NCBI GenBank assembly: GCA_018380195.1
Contig: JAGZUC010000003.1
Span: 55,769 to 119,768 of the forward strand
Direction: 5' to 3'
DNA: 64,000 bases
Source: Collinsella sp.
GTDB lineage: Bacteria > Actinomycetota > Coriobacteriia > Coriobacteriales > Coriobacteriaceae
In this document: positions 12,011 to 21,813 of the stretch, in pieces
Layout of the letters: every line of letters begins with the position of its first letter
How positions within the stretch are numbered: the first letter of the stretch is position 1
The notes under the pieces: generated by a model
The model's database searches: none
Told to the model about the DNA's origin: nothing
What the model saw: the letters and a program-made list of their open reading frames with translations, nothing else
Translations under genes and position numbers: made by a program

Positions 12011-12056
12011 CGTATATATAAAATAGCCTCCGACCGCGGGTGGTCGGAGGCTATTT
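12011..12056 (-). terminator. intrinsic terminator-like hairpin downstream of clpX
   Basis: AAATAGCCTCCGACC-GCGGGT-GGTCGGAGGCTATTT, followed on the minus strand by TTTATATATAC. Confidence 0.55.
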
Positions 12057-12077
12057 GCAAACACGTTTTAGGCTGGT

Positions 12078-13490
12078 TTAGCCGTAGATGCGCTGGGGCT
12101 GTTCTTCGCCCTTTACGGAGGCTTCGGTCACGATGACCTTGGAAACACCCTCCTCGCTGGGAAGGTCGAACATCGTCTGCTGCAGCACGTCCTCGCAGAT
12201 GGAACGCAGGCCGCGGGCGCCGGTCTTGCGGGCAAGCGCCATACGGGCGATCTCGTGCAGGGCCGCGTCCTCGAACTCAAGATCGACGTCCTCGAGCTGG
12301 AACATCTTGCGGTACTGGCGCACCACGGCGTTCTTGGGCTCGGTCAGAATCGACACCAGGTCGTCCTCGTCGAGCGCCTGCGTCTGGGTGACGACGGGCG
12401 TACGTCCCACAAACTCGGGGATCATGCCAAAGGCGTTGAGGTCCTGCGGGAGCACCTGGCGCAGCAGGTCGTTCTCGTCGACCGAGGTGGGGCCGGCAAT
12501 CTCGGAGTTAAAGCCCACGCCCTTGTTGCCCACGCGGTCGGCGATGATCTTGTCCAGACCCACAAAGGCACCGCCGCAGATGAACAGGATGTTGGTCGTG
12601 TCGATCTGCAGTAACTCCTGCTGGGGATGCTTGCGGCCGCCGGTGGGCGGAACGCTTGCCACCGTGCCCTCAAGAATCTTAAGCAGCGCCTGCTGAACAC
12701 CCTCGCCCGAGACATCGCGGGTAATGGAGAGGTTCTCGGCCTTGCGGGCAATCTTGTCAATCTCGTCCACGTAGATAATGCCAACCTGCGCGCGCTCGAT
12801 ATCGCCATCGGCAGCGTTGATGAGCTTGAGCAGGATGTTCTCAACGTCCTCGCCAACGTAGCCAGCCTCGGTAAGCGCGGTAGCGTCGGCGATGGCAAAC
12901 GGCACCTCAAGGATGCGCGCAAGCGTCTGGGCCAGCAGCGTCTTACCGGTACCGGTGGGGCCGAGCAACAAAATATTGGACTTGGCGAGCTCCACCTCGT
13001 CCATATCGTCGTCAAACTGGCCGCCCATGCCCGATGCCTCGTCAAAGGCAGACACCGCGGCGCCGCCCTCGATCACGCGGCGATAGTGGTTGTACACGGC
13101 CACCGACATGGCGCGCTTGGCGTCCTCCTGACCCATAACATAGGCCGAAAGCTCGTCATAGATCTCGTGCGGCGTCGGCACGTGCGTGATGACCTGACGG
13201 TCGTCCTCAAGCTCAAAGCCCTCGGTCTCGGGGTCCACAGCGGGCTGGGATGCAGCCTGGCCGTGGTCGTTGAGGAAGCCTGGCAGCTTGCCGTTGCGGG
13301 CAGCGTCCATAAAGTCCGAAGCCAGCGACTCCTCCAGAATCTCGGAGCAGGCGGCAACGCACTCGTCACAGATAAAGATGTTGGTCGGACCCTTTACAAG
13401 GCGGCGAACCTGCCCCTGCTCTTTTCCGCAGAAGGAGCAGCGGATGGGGTTGCCGTTCTCGTCAAAGTTGTCCTGCATGTTACCGGCCAT
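12078..13490 (-). CDS. clpX: ATP-dependent Clp protease ATP-binding subunit ClpX
   Basis: N-terminal zinc ribbon (CSFCGK...CDEC), Walker A GPTGTGKT, and the GYVG pore loop. Confidence 0.92.
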   Translation of the reverse strand: MAGNMQDNFDENGNPIRCSFCGKEQGQVRRLVKGPTNIFICDECVAACSEILEESLASDFMDAARNGKLPGFLNDHGQAASQPAVDPETEGFELEDDRQVITHVPTPHEIYDELSAYVMGQEDAKRAMSVAVYNHYRRVIEGGAAVSAFDEASGMGGQFDDDMDEVELAKSNILLLGPTGTGKTLLAQTLARILEVPFAIADATALTEAGYVGEDVENILLKLINAADGDIERAQVGIIYVDEIDKIARKAENLSITRDVSGEGVQQALLKILEGTVASVPPTGGRKHPQQELLQIDTTNILFICGGAFVGLDKIIADRVGNKGVGFNSEIAGPTSVDENDLLRQVLPQDLNAFGMIPEFVGRTPVVTQTQALDEDDLVSILTEPKNAVVRQYRKMFQLEDVDLEFEDAALHEIARMALARKTGARGLRSICEDVLQQTMFDLPSEEGVSKVIVTEASVKGEEQPQRIYG

Positions 13491-13491
13491 C

Positions 13492-14118
13492 CTAGGCGTC
13501 CTTCGCGGCGAGGTCGCGCGAGGTGACGATACGGTCGATCAGGCCGTAGTCGAGGGCCTCGGCAGCGGTCAGGTAGTTGTCGCGCTCGGTGTCGGCCTGG
13601 ACCTTCTCGATAGGCTGGCCCGAGGCATCGGACAGGATCTGGTTGAGCTCGCGACGGGTCTTCTTGATCTCCTCGGCAACGATCTCGATCTCGGTCTGCT
13701 GGCCCTGGGCACCGCCGCTGGGCTGGTGAATCATGACCTTGGAGTGCGGCAGGCAGAAGCGCTTGCCCTTGGCGCCGGCCGAAAGCAGCACAGCGGCCAT
13801 GGATGCGGCCATACCGACGCAAATGGTCGAGACCTGCGGCTTGATGAAGTTCATGGTGTCCAGAATCGCCAGGCCGGAGTAGACCTCGCCGCCGGGCGAA
13901 TTGATGTAGAGCGAGATATCCTTCTCGGCATCCTGGCTCTCAAGATGCAACAGCTGGGCAACGACCAGGTTGGCGCTGACGGAGTTGATCTCCTCGCCCA
14001 AGAAGATGATGCGGTCGTTGAGCAGGCGCGAATAGATATCGTAGCTGCGCTCGCCGCGCGGCGTCTGCTCGATAACGTATGGCACGAGGGCGGAATCGAA
14101 CTTAGCGATCATACGCAT
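13492..14118 (-). CDS. clpP: ATP-dependent Clp protease proteolytic subunit ClpP
   Basis: Catalytic Ser/His/Asp context (GMAASMAA...HQP). Start is uncertain among ATG codons at 14142, 14118 and 14112. The clpP stop overlaps the clpX ribosome-binding site. Confidence 0.85.
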   Translation of the reverse strand: MRMIAKFDSALVPYVIEQTPRGERSYDIYSRLLNDRIIFLGEEINSVSANLVVAQLLHLESQDAEKDISLYINSPGGEVYSGLAILDTMNFIKPQVSTICVGMAASMAAVLLSAGAKGKRFCLPHSKVMIHQPSGGAQGQQTEIEIVAEEIKKTRRELNQILSDASGQPIEKVQADTERDNYLTAAEALDYGLIDRIVTSRDLAAKDA

Positions 14119-14149
14119 CTCCATTTCTCTCTTGCGGACCAAATTGGTT

Positions 14150-14199
14150 CTAGATAAACGTACGGTGCCCGCATGCTATGCATTGGCTGGCACCGTACG
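14150..14199 (-). terminator. hairpin downstream of tig
   Basis: CGTACGGTGCC-N19-GGCACCGTACG, followed on the minus strand by TTTATCTAG. Confidence 0.5.
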
Positions 14200-14275
14200 A
14201 AGCAACCGGATAACCGGTGTATAACTTTACCCCATCACGGGCGCACGCATGCGCTCGCGGGCAAGGTGGCGAGAA

Positions 14276-15589
14276 TTACTCGGCGTCCTTGGCGGTCTCG
14301 TCGACCTCGGTCACCTTGGCGTTCTCGACCAGGTGGTCAACGGCCTTGGAGCGACGGATGGACTCGCGGACGGCAGGCATGCGGCCATCGGCGATGAACT
14401 CGGCCTTGGAAGCCTCGACGTCCTTGACGCCAGCCTTCTCGAACTCGGCGTTGATGTCGTCCTCGGTGACCTCGATCTTGAGCTCGCGGGCGAGGGCGTC
14501 GAGAGCCAGGGACTCACGGGCAACGTCGTTGGCCTGCTTGTGCAGGTCGCCGATGAACTGCTCCATGGTCAGACCGGAAGCGGGCAGCCAGGTGTCCAGG
14601 GTCATGCCGCGGGCAGCGAGGTTGGACAGGAAGTTCTGGCCAAGCTCCTCAAAGACGGACTGCTCGTAGTCGGCGTCCATCTCGTCGAGCTGCAGGCGCT
14701 CGGCGAGAGCGGAGACGCAACGGTTCTCCTTCTCGGCCGGGAGGCGGGAAGCCTTGTCCTGCTCGATCTCGATCTTGATGGCGTCGCGCATAGCGTCGAT
14801 GCTGTCGAAGCCAAAGTCGGACTTGACGAGCTCGTCGGTGAGCTCGGGGGTGTTGCGGACCTTGATGCCCTTGACGGTGACCTCGACGGTGTGGGTCTCG
14901 GCCTCCTCGCCCTCCTCGACCTCGTCGGTCCAGGTGACGGTCTTGACGTCATCAACGTTAGCGCCGATCAGGGCCTCGTTGAACTCCTTGGGGTTGCTGT
15001 CGCTACCGGCGATGAGCATGCGGCCCTCGGCGGCGAAGTTGTCGGCGTTCTCGACGGCCTTGAGGTCGACGGTCACATAGTCCTCGGCCTCGACGGCACG
15101 GCCCTCGACGTCCTCGAAGGTGGCACGGTAGTTGAGGAGCATCTCGACCTGGTTGTTGATCTCGGACTCGGTCACCTCCGCAGGGGGCATCTCGATCTCG
15201 ACGGCGTCGAAGGAGGAGAGCTCAGCGGCGGGACGCAGGGAGAACTCGACGGTGTAGGTGTAGTCCTCGTGATCCTTGGCGAGGTCGAGGTCCTTGTAGT
15301 CACCGTTCTTGGTGGGGACGATGTCCAGCTCGTTGAGGACGGCGGGCTCGTTGGCGGCGATCAGGTCGTTGGTGGCCTGAGCGAGGGTAGCCTCGGCGCC
15401 AAGGGCGGAGTCGATGACCGGACGGGGAGCCTTACCGGCGCGGAAGCCCGGGAAGCGGTACTTCTTGGCGGTGTCCTTGTAGGCCTTCTTGATCGCGGCG
15501 TCGACGTCGGCGGCCGGGATGGTGACCGTAGCGGTGAGCTTGGCGTCCTTGACGTCAGAAGCGGTGATGTTCAACACGTTCCTCCTCAT
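14276..15589 (-). CDS. tig: trigger factor (ribosome-associated PPIase chaperone)
   Basis: N-terminal ribosome-binding FPGFRAGKAP signature. ATG at 15589. An alternative TTG at 15574 sits 6 nt after a perfect AGGAGG. Confidence 0.85.
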   Translation of the reverse strand: MRRNVLNITASDVKDAKLTATVTIPAADVDAAIKKAYKDTAKKYRFPGFRAGKAPRPVIDSALGAEATLAQATNDLIAANEPAVLNELDIVPTKNGDYKDLDLAKDHEDYTYTVEFSLRPAAELSSFDAVEIEMPPAEVTESEINNQVEMLLNYRATFEDVEGRAVEAEDYVTVDLKAVENADNFAAEGRMLIAGSDSNPKEFNEALIGANVDDVKTVTWTDEVEEGEEAETHTVEVTVKGIKVRNTPELTDELVKSDFGFDSIDAMRDAIKIEIEQDKASRLPAEKENRCVSALAERLQLDEMDADYEQSVFEELGQNFLSNLAARGMTLDTWLPASGLTMEQFIGDLHKQANDVARESLALDALARELKIEVTEDDINAEFEKAGVKDVEASKAEFIADGRMPAVRESIRRSKAVDHLVENAKVTEVDETAKDAE

Positions 15590-15665
15590 ACTGCCCAGCT
15601 TATCTGAGGTGCTGGTACCTTTATGCAACAAAGTGTCGCGACGGCCAAGGCCGACGCAAGTGCGA

Positions 15666-15749
15666 TGGTGCGGGCGAAAGGACTCGAACCTTCACGGGAA
15701 TCCCACCAGAACCTAAATCTGGCGCGTCTACCAATTCCGCCACGCCCGC
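15666..15749 (-). tRNA. tRNA-Leu (anticodon TAG)
   Basis: Cloverleaf read by hand: acceptor GCGGGCG/CGCCCGC, long variable arm, anticodon loop TTTAGGT, 3' CCA encoded. Confidence 0.85.
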
Positions 15750-15838
15750 ATGAGCGCACAGACTAGGAATGATAGCAGATACGAGTGACAAGCGCACGCA
15801 CACGTTTTACAGGCTCACGACCTCACCACGAGTGCAAA

Positions 15839-15860
15839 TGGCGGGGCGAGTTGCCCCGCC
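15839..15860 (-). terminator. GC hairpin GGCGGGGC-GAGTT-GCCCCGCC downstream of the molybdoenzyme gene
   Basis: Seen directly. The U-tract is weak. Confidence 0.3.
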
Positions 15861-15889
15861 CCGACAATTACGACTCGTTCGCTGATCCG

Positions 15890-18721
15890 CTACTCCCCCA
15901 GCAGGGCCTTCTCGGGCGTGATGGGCAGCGAGCGAACCTGATGTCCGGTGGCGTGCGCCACGGCCGAGGCAACGGCGGCGAGCGGCGTGTTGATGACGAC
16001 CTCGCCGATCGACTTGGCGCCAAACGGGCCCGTCGGCTCGTAGCTCGGCTCAAAGGCCACGCGAATGCTGCCGATATCCAGGCGCGTGGGCAGCTTGTAG
16101 CTCATAAAGTTGCCGGTGCGCAGGCGACCACGGTCGTCGTGCTCGACGATCTCGTAGAGCGCGTGGCCGATACCCTGGGCAATGCCGCCCTCGGCCTGGA
16201 CGCGCGCGAGCGCCTCGTTGATCACGGTGCCGCAGTCCACAGCCGCCGCATAGTCCACAACAGTCACCTTGCCTGTGGCCTTTTCGACCTCGACCTCGGC
16301 AATGCCGGCCATAAACGGCGGGGGCGAAACGGGCAGGCAGGCAGAGGCATGCGAGGTGAGCGCGTCGCCGCCCGCGATGTTCTTGACGCACAGGTTGGCA
16401 AAGTCGCGCAGCGTGAGATAGCGGTTCTGCTCGCGCGCGGCACGCTCGTCGGACAGGCGCACATACTGGCCGTCGAAGACCACGTCGGCGGCGTCAACGT
16501 CCCACATCTGGGCGGCCTTGGCGCAAATCTTCTCGCGCAGCTCGGTCGCGGCGTTCTTGGCGGCAAGACCCGTCACGTACGTGCCCGAGCTCGCGTACGA
16601 GCCGGCATCGAACGGCGACACGTCGGTGTCCACGCCGCGCACCACGATCAGCGAGCTCTCCACGCCCAGCTCCTCGGCGGCAATCTGCGCCAGGATGGTG
16701 TCGACGCCCATGCCGTTATCGGTGGCACCGGTCGAAAGCGTAATAAAGCCGTCCTCTTCCAGGCGCAGGTCGATGCCGGCAATGTCGATGTTGGAGATGC
16801 CCGAGCCCTGCATGGTGAGCGCGCAGCCCAGGGCGCGCACGCGGTCGCCCAGGTCCACGGCCAGGGGCTTGTCGCGCCAACCGATCATGTCCATCGCGCG
16901 CAGCAAGCAGCGGTCGAGCGCGCAGGCGCTGAGCTTCTCGTTGTAGTACTGCGGCATGGTCTCGCCCTCGCGCACGATGTTCTTAAGGCGCAGGTCGGCA
17001 GGATCCATGTGCAGCATGTCAGCGAGCTCGTTGACGGCGCTCTCCACGGCAAACTGGCCCTGAGTGGCACCGTAGCCGCGATACGCGCCGCCGCGGTTGG
17101 TGTTGGTGTAGACGGCGTCCCAGCTAAAGCGGCTCGCCTTCACGTGGTTGTAGATCGGCAGGCTCTTGTGGCCCGAAAGGCCAATCGTCGTGGTAGCGTG
17201 CTCGCCGTACGCGCCGGCGTTGGACAGCGTGTGCAGGTCGATGGCCGTAATGGTGCCGTCGTTCATGGCGCCCAGCTTAACGGTCATCTGCATCTGGTGG
17301 CGCGAGTTGCCCGCGGTGATGGTCTCCTCACGCGTGTAGCAGCAGTAGCTCGGACGACCGGTCTGCTGGGTCACGAACGCCACGAAGATCTCGCAGCAGC
17401 CCGTCTGCTTGGAGCCAAAACCGCCGCCGATGCGCGGCTTGATGACCTGCACCTGCGACTGCGGAATGTCGAGCGACTGCGCGACCATGCGGCGCACGTG
17501 GAAGGGCACCTGCGTAGAGGTGGTCACCGAGATGCGGCCGAAGGCGTCGGTCGTCGCGAAGGCGCGGAAGGTCTCCATGGGCGCGGTCTGCGTGGCCTGG
17601 CTGGTGTAGGTGCGCTCAAAGACGATGTCGCTCTGGGCGAAGGCCTCGTCAAGGTCGCCAAAGTCGCTCGTGCCGCTGCACACCAGGTTGCGCGGAACGT
17701 CGCCGCCCTGCGGGAACATAAAGGTCACGTCGCCCTCGGGGTGAACCACGATGTCATTATCGAGTGCCTGGGTAAAGTCGAGCAGCGGCTCGAGCACCTC
17801 ATAGTCGACCTTAATGAGCTTGAGCGCCTTGTCGGCGGCCTCCTCGGTCTCGGCGGCGACAATCGCCACCTCCTCGTTTTGGTAACGCACCAGGTTCTCG
17901 AGAATCAGGCGGTCGTAGGGACTCGGCTGCGGATAGCTCTGGCCGGCGATGGTAAAGCGGCGCTTGGGCGCGTCCTCGTAGGTGTAGACACCCACGACGC
18001 CGGGCACCTTCAGTGCGCGCGACGTATCGATGGAGCGGATCTTGGCGCGGGCATAGGGGCTGCGCTTGAGTTTGACGATCAGGGCGCCGGCGGGCACCAT
18101 GTCGCCCGTGTAGACGGGACGGCCCTCGAGCAGCGCCTTCGAGTCTTTCTTGGGCTGCTTGTGGGTGATCTGCTTGTACGCGACACCGTCGGAGCTGGTG
18201 TTATTGACCGGCAGCTCGGGCATCTCGAAGCCCACCTGCACGCCGGACTCGTTGAGGAAGCGCACGATGGCACGCAGCTGGCTCTCGTAGCCGCTGCAAC
18301 GGCAGAGGTTGCCGGCAAGCTGGCGCGACAGCTCCTCGCGCGTGGCGACGAGGCTCGGGTCCTCCTTGGCGGCGCGGGCAAGCGCCAGCACGTTCATGAT
18401 GAGGCCGGGGGCGCAAAAACCGCACTGCTCGGCGCCTTCGGCGGCCATTGCGCGGGCGAGCGCCTCGGACTCGGCCTTAAGGCCCTCGAGCGTGGTGATA
18501 GTGTGGCCCTCAACACGGGCGGCGGGAACCGAGCAGCTCAGCACCGGGTCGCCGTCGAGCCACACCGTGCACAGACCGCAGTTGGTGGTCTCGCAGGCGC
18601 AGCGCACCGACGCGCAGCCCTGCTCGCGCAGCAGCGCAAAGAGCATGGTGTCGGGGGCAATCTGAACCTTGACCTTGCGGCCGTTGAGCGTAAAGGAAAG
18701 ATCGATGAGTTTGGCAGCCAT
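15890..18721 (-). CDS. xanthine dehydrogenase family molybdenum hydroxylase: fused [2Fe-2S] and molybdopterin-binding subunit (aldehyde-oxidoreductase-like)
   Basis: N-terminal plant-type and four-helix 2Fe-2S motifs (CxxGxCGxC...CGFC...CRCSGY), followed by an ~800 aa molybdopterin-binding portion. The ATG overlaps the upstream stop (TAATG). Confidence 0.85.
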   Translation of the reverse strand: MAAKLIDLSFTLNGRKVKVQIAPDTMLFALLREQGCASVRCACETTNCGLCTVWLDGDPVLSCSVPAARVEGHTITTLEGLKAESEALARAMAAEGAEQCGFCAPGLIMNVLALARAAKEDPSLVATREELSRQLAGNLCRCSGYESQLRAIVRFLNESGVQVGFEMPELPVNNTSSDGVAYKQITHKQPKKDSKALLEGRPVYTGDMVPAGALIVKLKRSPYARAKIRSIDTSRALKVPGVVGVYTYEDAPKRRFTIAGQSYPQPSPYDRLILENLVRYQNEEVAIVAAETEEAADKALKLIKVDYEVLEPLLDFTQALDNDIVVHPEGDVTFMFPQGGDVPRNLVCSGTSDFGDLDEAFAQSDIVFERTYTSQATQTAPMETFRAFATTDAFGRISVTTSTQVPFHVRRMVAQSLDIPQSQVQVIKPRIGGGFGSKQTGCCEIFVAFVTQQTGRPSYCCYTREETITAGNSRHQMQMTVKLGAMNDGTITAIDLHTLSNAGAYGEHATTTIGLSGHKSLPIYNHVKASRFSWDAVYTNTNRGGAYRGYGATQGQFAVESAVNELADMLHMDPADLRLKNIVREGETMPQYYNEKLSACALDRCLLRAMDMIGWRDKPLAVDLGDRVRALGCALTMQGSGISNIDIAGIDLRLEEDGFITLSTGATDNGMGVDTILAQIAAEELGVESSLIVVRGVDTDVSPFDAGSYASSGTYVTGLAAKNAATELREKICAKAAQMWDVDAADVVFDGQYVRLSDERAAREQNRYLTLRDFANLCVKNIAGGDALTSHASACLPVSPPPFMAGIAEVEVEKATGKVTVVDYAAAVDCGTVINEALARVQAEGGIAQGIGHALYEIVEHDDRGRLRTGNFMSYKLPTRLDIGSIRVAFEPSYEPTGPFGAKSIGEVVINTPLAAVASAVAHATGHQVRSLPITPEKALLGE

Positions 18722-19635
18722 TAGCGCACCTCACTAGAATCGACGCCGGGCACGCGGCGGCAGGAATACTCGTCCGTGGCAAACTTGGGGACCCGCACGG
18801 TCTCGAACTCGCGGGCAAGCGCGGCAGAAAGCTCGATGCCGGCGGCGCGGCGCACGGCCTGAATCGCCAGCGGGGCAGAGATGCGGAGGCGGTAGTCGGC
18901 CGAGCCCCACAGGTTGGTGCCGTAACTCAGGGCACGCACGGATGCGGCCAGAGCGCGAAACTCATCCTCGGAAGGCTGCTCGTTGATAAGGCCGCACGCC
19001 TCGTCCTGCAGCAGGGTCGCGCGCAGCGGGCGGGCGCCCACGGTGACATGCCAGCTGTTGTCCCACCAGGCGGCGGTGACGTTTAAGGAGGGGAAGTCGG
19101 TCGCGGCCTTGCGCACGGCCTCGTAGCTCGCACGGTAATCGTGCTTGACGACCACCACGTGCTCGATCACGTCGCGCACATAGCCCATGTCCACGAACTC
19201 GGCGAGCGGCACGCGGCCGGCGCCCGTTAGCTCAACATAGGAATCGAGCGCCAAAAAGGCCGAGAGCACGTCCGAAAAACCAAAGCGGCCGTAGATGCTG
19301 CCGCCCACCGTGGCGGTATTGCGCAGCTGCACGCCTACGATATCGTGGACGGCGAACTCAAAGACATTGTTGACAAGCGCGTTGAGCCCGGCATGACGTT
19401 CGAGCTGACGCAGGGTACACATGGCACCGATGCGAAACTCGGTCTCGGTCTCCTCGATCTGATCGAGTCCGCAGGCCGAAAGGTCAATCGCCGTCGCGAC
19501 GCGACGCGAACCCAGGCGCATCCAAATACCACCGCCCACAATCTTGTTGTTGCGGTTCTTCTGTAAGAGCTCATAGGCTTCGGCCGCGTTTCCAACACGG
19601 ACGTAGGTACCGAACTTGAGCACGTTCTCCCCCAT
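18721..19635 (-). CDS. xanthine dehydrogenase family FAD-binding subunit (CoxM-like)
   Basis: FAD-binding PCMH-type domain pattern (GGGIWM...ATVGGSI). The ATG at 19635 is preceded by GGAGAG at short spacing, so the start is moderately uncertain. Confidence 0.75.
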   Translation of the reverse strand: MGENVLKFGTYVRVGNAAEAYELLQKNRNNKIVGGGIWMRLGSRRVATAIDLSACGLDQIEETETEFRIGAMCTLRQLERHAGLNALVNNVFEFAVHDIVGVQLRNTATVGGSIYGRFGFSDVLSAFLALDSYVELTGAGRVPLAEFVDMGYVRDVIEHVVVVKHDYRASYEAVRKAATDFPSLNVTAAWWDNSWHVTVGARPLRATLLQDEACGLINEQPSEDEFRALAASVRALSYGTNLWGSADYRLRISAPLAIQAVRRAAGIELSAALAREFETVRVPKFATDEYSCRRVPGVDSSEVR

Positions 19636-19728
19636 CTCTCCACTTGTCCAGTACCTTTAAGTGTACCAAACGAGGGGGCTCAGCTCGTGTCGGGACAAAA
19701 TGAACCGTTTTCCTCCGTCGCGTGCGGA

Positions 19729-19764
19729 TCAAAAAAGGCTCCCAGCCAAGATGACTGAGAGCCT
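19729..19764 (-). terminator. intrinsic terminator downstream of gdhA
   Basis: AAGGCTC-N16-GAGCCTT followed by TTTTTTGATCC on the minus strand. Confidence 0.7.
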
Positions 19765-19790
19765 TCTGCGATGCTATATCGAGCGAAGAT

Positions 19791-21146
19791 TTAGCAGACG
19801 CCCTGGGCGAGCATGGCGTCGGCGACCTTCAGGAAGCCAGCGATGTTGGCGCCCATGACGAAGTTGCCCTCCTCGCCGTACTTCTTGGCGGTGTCGTCCA
19901 CGTTGTGGAACATGCCGCGCATGAGCTGCTCGAGCTTGCCGTCGACCTCCTCGAAGGTCCAGGACAGGTGCTCGGCGTTCTGGCTCATCTCCAGGCCGGA
20001 CACGAGCACGCCGCCGGCGTTGGCAGCCTTACCGGGCATAAAGGCGACGCCGTTCTCCTGGAAGTAGGTCGTGGCCTCGATGGTCGTGGGCATGTTCGCG
20101 CCCTCGCCGACCACCTTGCAGCCGTTGGCGACGAGCGCCTGGGCGTCCTCGAGCAGCAGCGTGTTCTCGCGAGCGCAGGGCAGCGCGATGTCGCAGGGCA
20201 GCTGCCACACGCCGCGGCCGTCACCCTCGTGCCACACGGCGTTGGGCTTCTCGTCAACATACATAGCGAGCGTAACGCCCTTGTCGTGGCCGGAGCGCTT
20301 CTTGTTGTAGATGTGCTCGAGCACGGTGTAGTCGATGCCGTCGGGATCCTCGACCCAGCCATGGGTGTCGGAGCAGGCCAGGACCTTACCGCCGAGCTGG
20401 GCGACCTTCTGGACCGCGTAGATGGCGACGTTACCGGAGCCGTGAACGACGACGTTCTTGCCCTCGAAGGAGTCGCCGCGGCTCTTGAGGTACTCATCCA
20501 CAAAGTAGGCCAGACCGTAGCCGGTGGCCTCGGTGCGGGCGAGCGAGCCGCCAAAGGAGAGGCCCTTGCCAGTAAGGACGCCGGTCCACTCGTTGGTCAG
20601 ACGCTTGTACTGACCGAACAGGTAGGCAACCTCGCGGCCGCCAACACCCAGGTCGCCGGCGGGAACGTCGGTGTTGGGGCCAATGTGGCGATAGAGCTCG
20701 GTCATGAAGGACTGGCAGAAGTGCATGATCTCGTTGTTGGACTTGCCCTTGGGGTCAAAGTCGGAGCCGCCCTTGCCGCCGCCCATGGGAAGGGTGGTCA
20801 GGCTGTTCTTGAGGATCTGCTCCAGGCCCAGGAACTTGAGCATGCCCAGGGTGACCGTCGGGTTAAAGCGCAGGCCGCCCTTGTAGGGTCCAATGGCAGA
20901 GTTGAACTCGACGCGATAGCCGCGGTTGACCTGAACCTTGCCCTGGTCGTCGACCCAGGGAACACGGAACATGACGATGCGCTCGGGCTCGACGAGGCGC
21001 TCAAGCAGAGCGGCCTCCTCGTACTCGGGATGGGCGTCGAGCGCCGGCTGAATGGTGCCGAGGATCTCGGTCGCGGCCTGGATGAACTCAGGCTGCTCGG
21101 GATAGCGGGCCTTGAGCTCTTCGAGAACTTTCTGCGTGTAGCTCAT
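19791..21146 (-). CDS. gdhA: NADP-specific glutamate dehydrogenase
   Basis: Catalytic lysine region GGGKGG and Rossmann motif GSGNVA. Start at MSYTQKV with TTGGAGGAAGC upstream. Confidence 0.9.
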   Translation of the reverse strand: MSYTQKVLEELKARYPEQPEFIQAATEILGTIQPALDAHPEYEEAALLERLVEPERIVMFRVPWVDDQGKVQVNRGYRVEFNSAIGPYKGGLRFNPTVTLGMLKFLGLEQILKNSLTTLPMGGGKGGSDFDPKGKSNNEIMHFCQSFMTELYRHIGPNTDVPAGDLGVGGREVAYLFGQYKRLTNEWTGVLTGKGLSFGGSLARTEATGYGLAYFVDEYLKSRGDSFEGKNVVVHGSGNVAIYAVQKVAQLGGKVLACSDTHGWVEDPDGIDYTVLEHIYNKKRSGHDKGVTLAMYVDEKPNAVWHEGDGRGVWQLPCDIALPCARENTLLLEDAQALVANGCKVVGEGANMPTTIEATTYFQENGVAFMPGKAANAGGVLVSGLEMSQNAEHLSWTFEEVDGKLEQLMRGMFHNVDDTAKKYGEEGNFVMGANIAGFLKVADAMLAQGVC

Positions 21147-21402
21147 GCTTCCTCCAATGATGGGAAACGAAAAGTGTCGGTCGCGGCACCCCATGCGCCG
21201 CGAGCTTTATCGTGTATGGATAATATCGCACTGTTGCGGCAAAGTTTCGCATAAGCCGACGAGCGGATGTTTCGTTTTGATTACGATGCAGGTAGAAGCG
21301 TTTTTGAGTGCCTGACGTGCGAAACCTGTGTTTCAAACCTGTTTCGTCCACGTGTTCCAAACCACCACATTGGGGACAGGCACCTTTGTGGTGGTGTGGT
21401 GG

Positions 21403-21798
21403 CTAGAGGACGAGCTGATGGTAGTCGGCGGGGGTTATGCGGCCTTCGGTGGCAGCGCGGAAGGCGGCGAGGGCGTCGCCCGAGAACGGCATGGCCCAGC
21501 ACAGCCCGCAGCCGGCGGTAATGGAGCCCGGCAAAGGCATAATGCGCCCGGGCACACCGGCGGCAAGGCACAGCTGTTCGCATTCCATCACATCGAAGGT
21601 GCTGTCGAACGACACGATGATTTTGCGTTCATGGTCGAGAGCATCACCGGACGGGCCTTCGCGGTGTGCATCGCGATACGCCGCGGCGGCCGCTTCCTCT
21701 TCCGCAGTATGTCCACAGCCACCGCAACCGCAGGTACAGGGTTCGGACCCGTCGCAAGTGCAAGGTTCTCCCGTGTCGGGACAAATATCGTGAGACAT
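21403..21798 (-). CDS. DUF3343-like protein with Cys-rich N-terminal extension
   Basis: C-terminal half is paralogous to the 49493-49744 product (shared GCGL(C/A)W motif). N-terminal extension reads CPDTGEPCTCDGSEPCTCGCGGCGH. The translation-initiation region TTGGAGTTGCCATG is shared with that paralog. Confidence 0.6.
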   Translation of the reverse strand: MSHDICPDTGEPCTCDGSEPCTCGCGGCGHTAEEEAAAAAYRDAHREGPSGDALDHERKIIVSFDSTFDVMECEQLCLAAGVPGRIMPLPGSITAGCGLCWAMPFSGDALAAFRAATEGRITPADYHQLVL

Positions 21799-21813
21799 GG
21801 CAACTCCAATCGT

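Noticed and set aside
11793-12077. Possible T-box riboswitch in the valS leader (and in the thrS leader at 1821-2058).
   Set aside because: The T-box consensus (AGGGTGGNACCGCG) and a specifier-loop arrangement were not found. GCGGGTGGTCGG at 12037 belongs to the clpX terminator hairpin.
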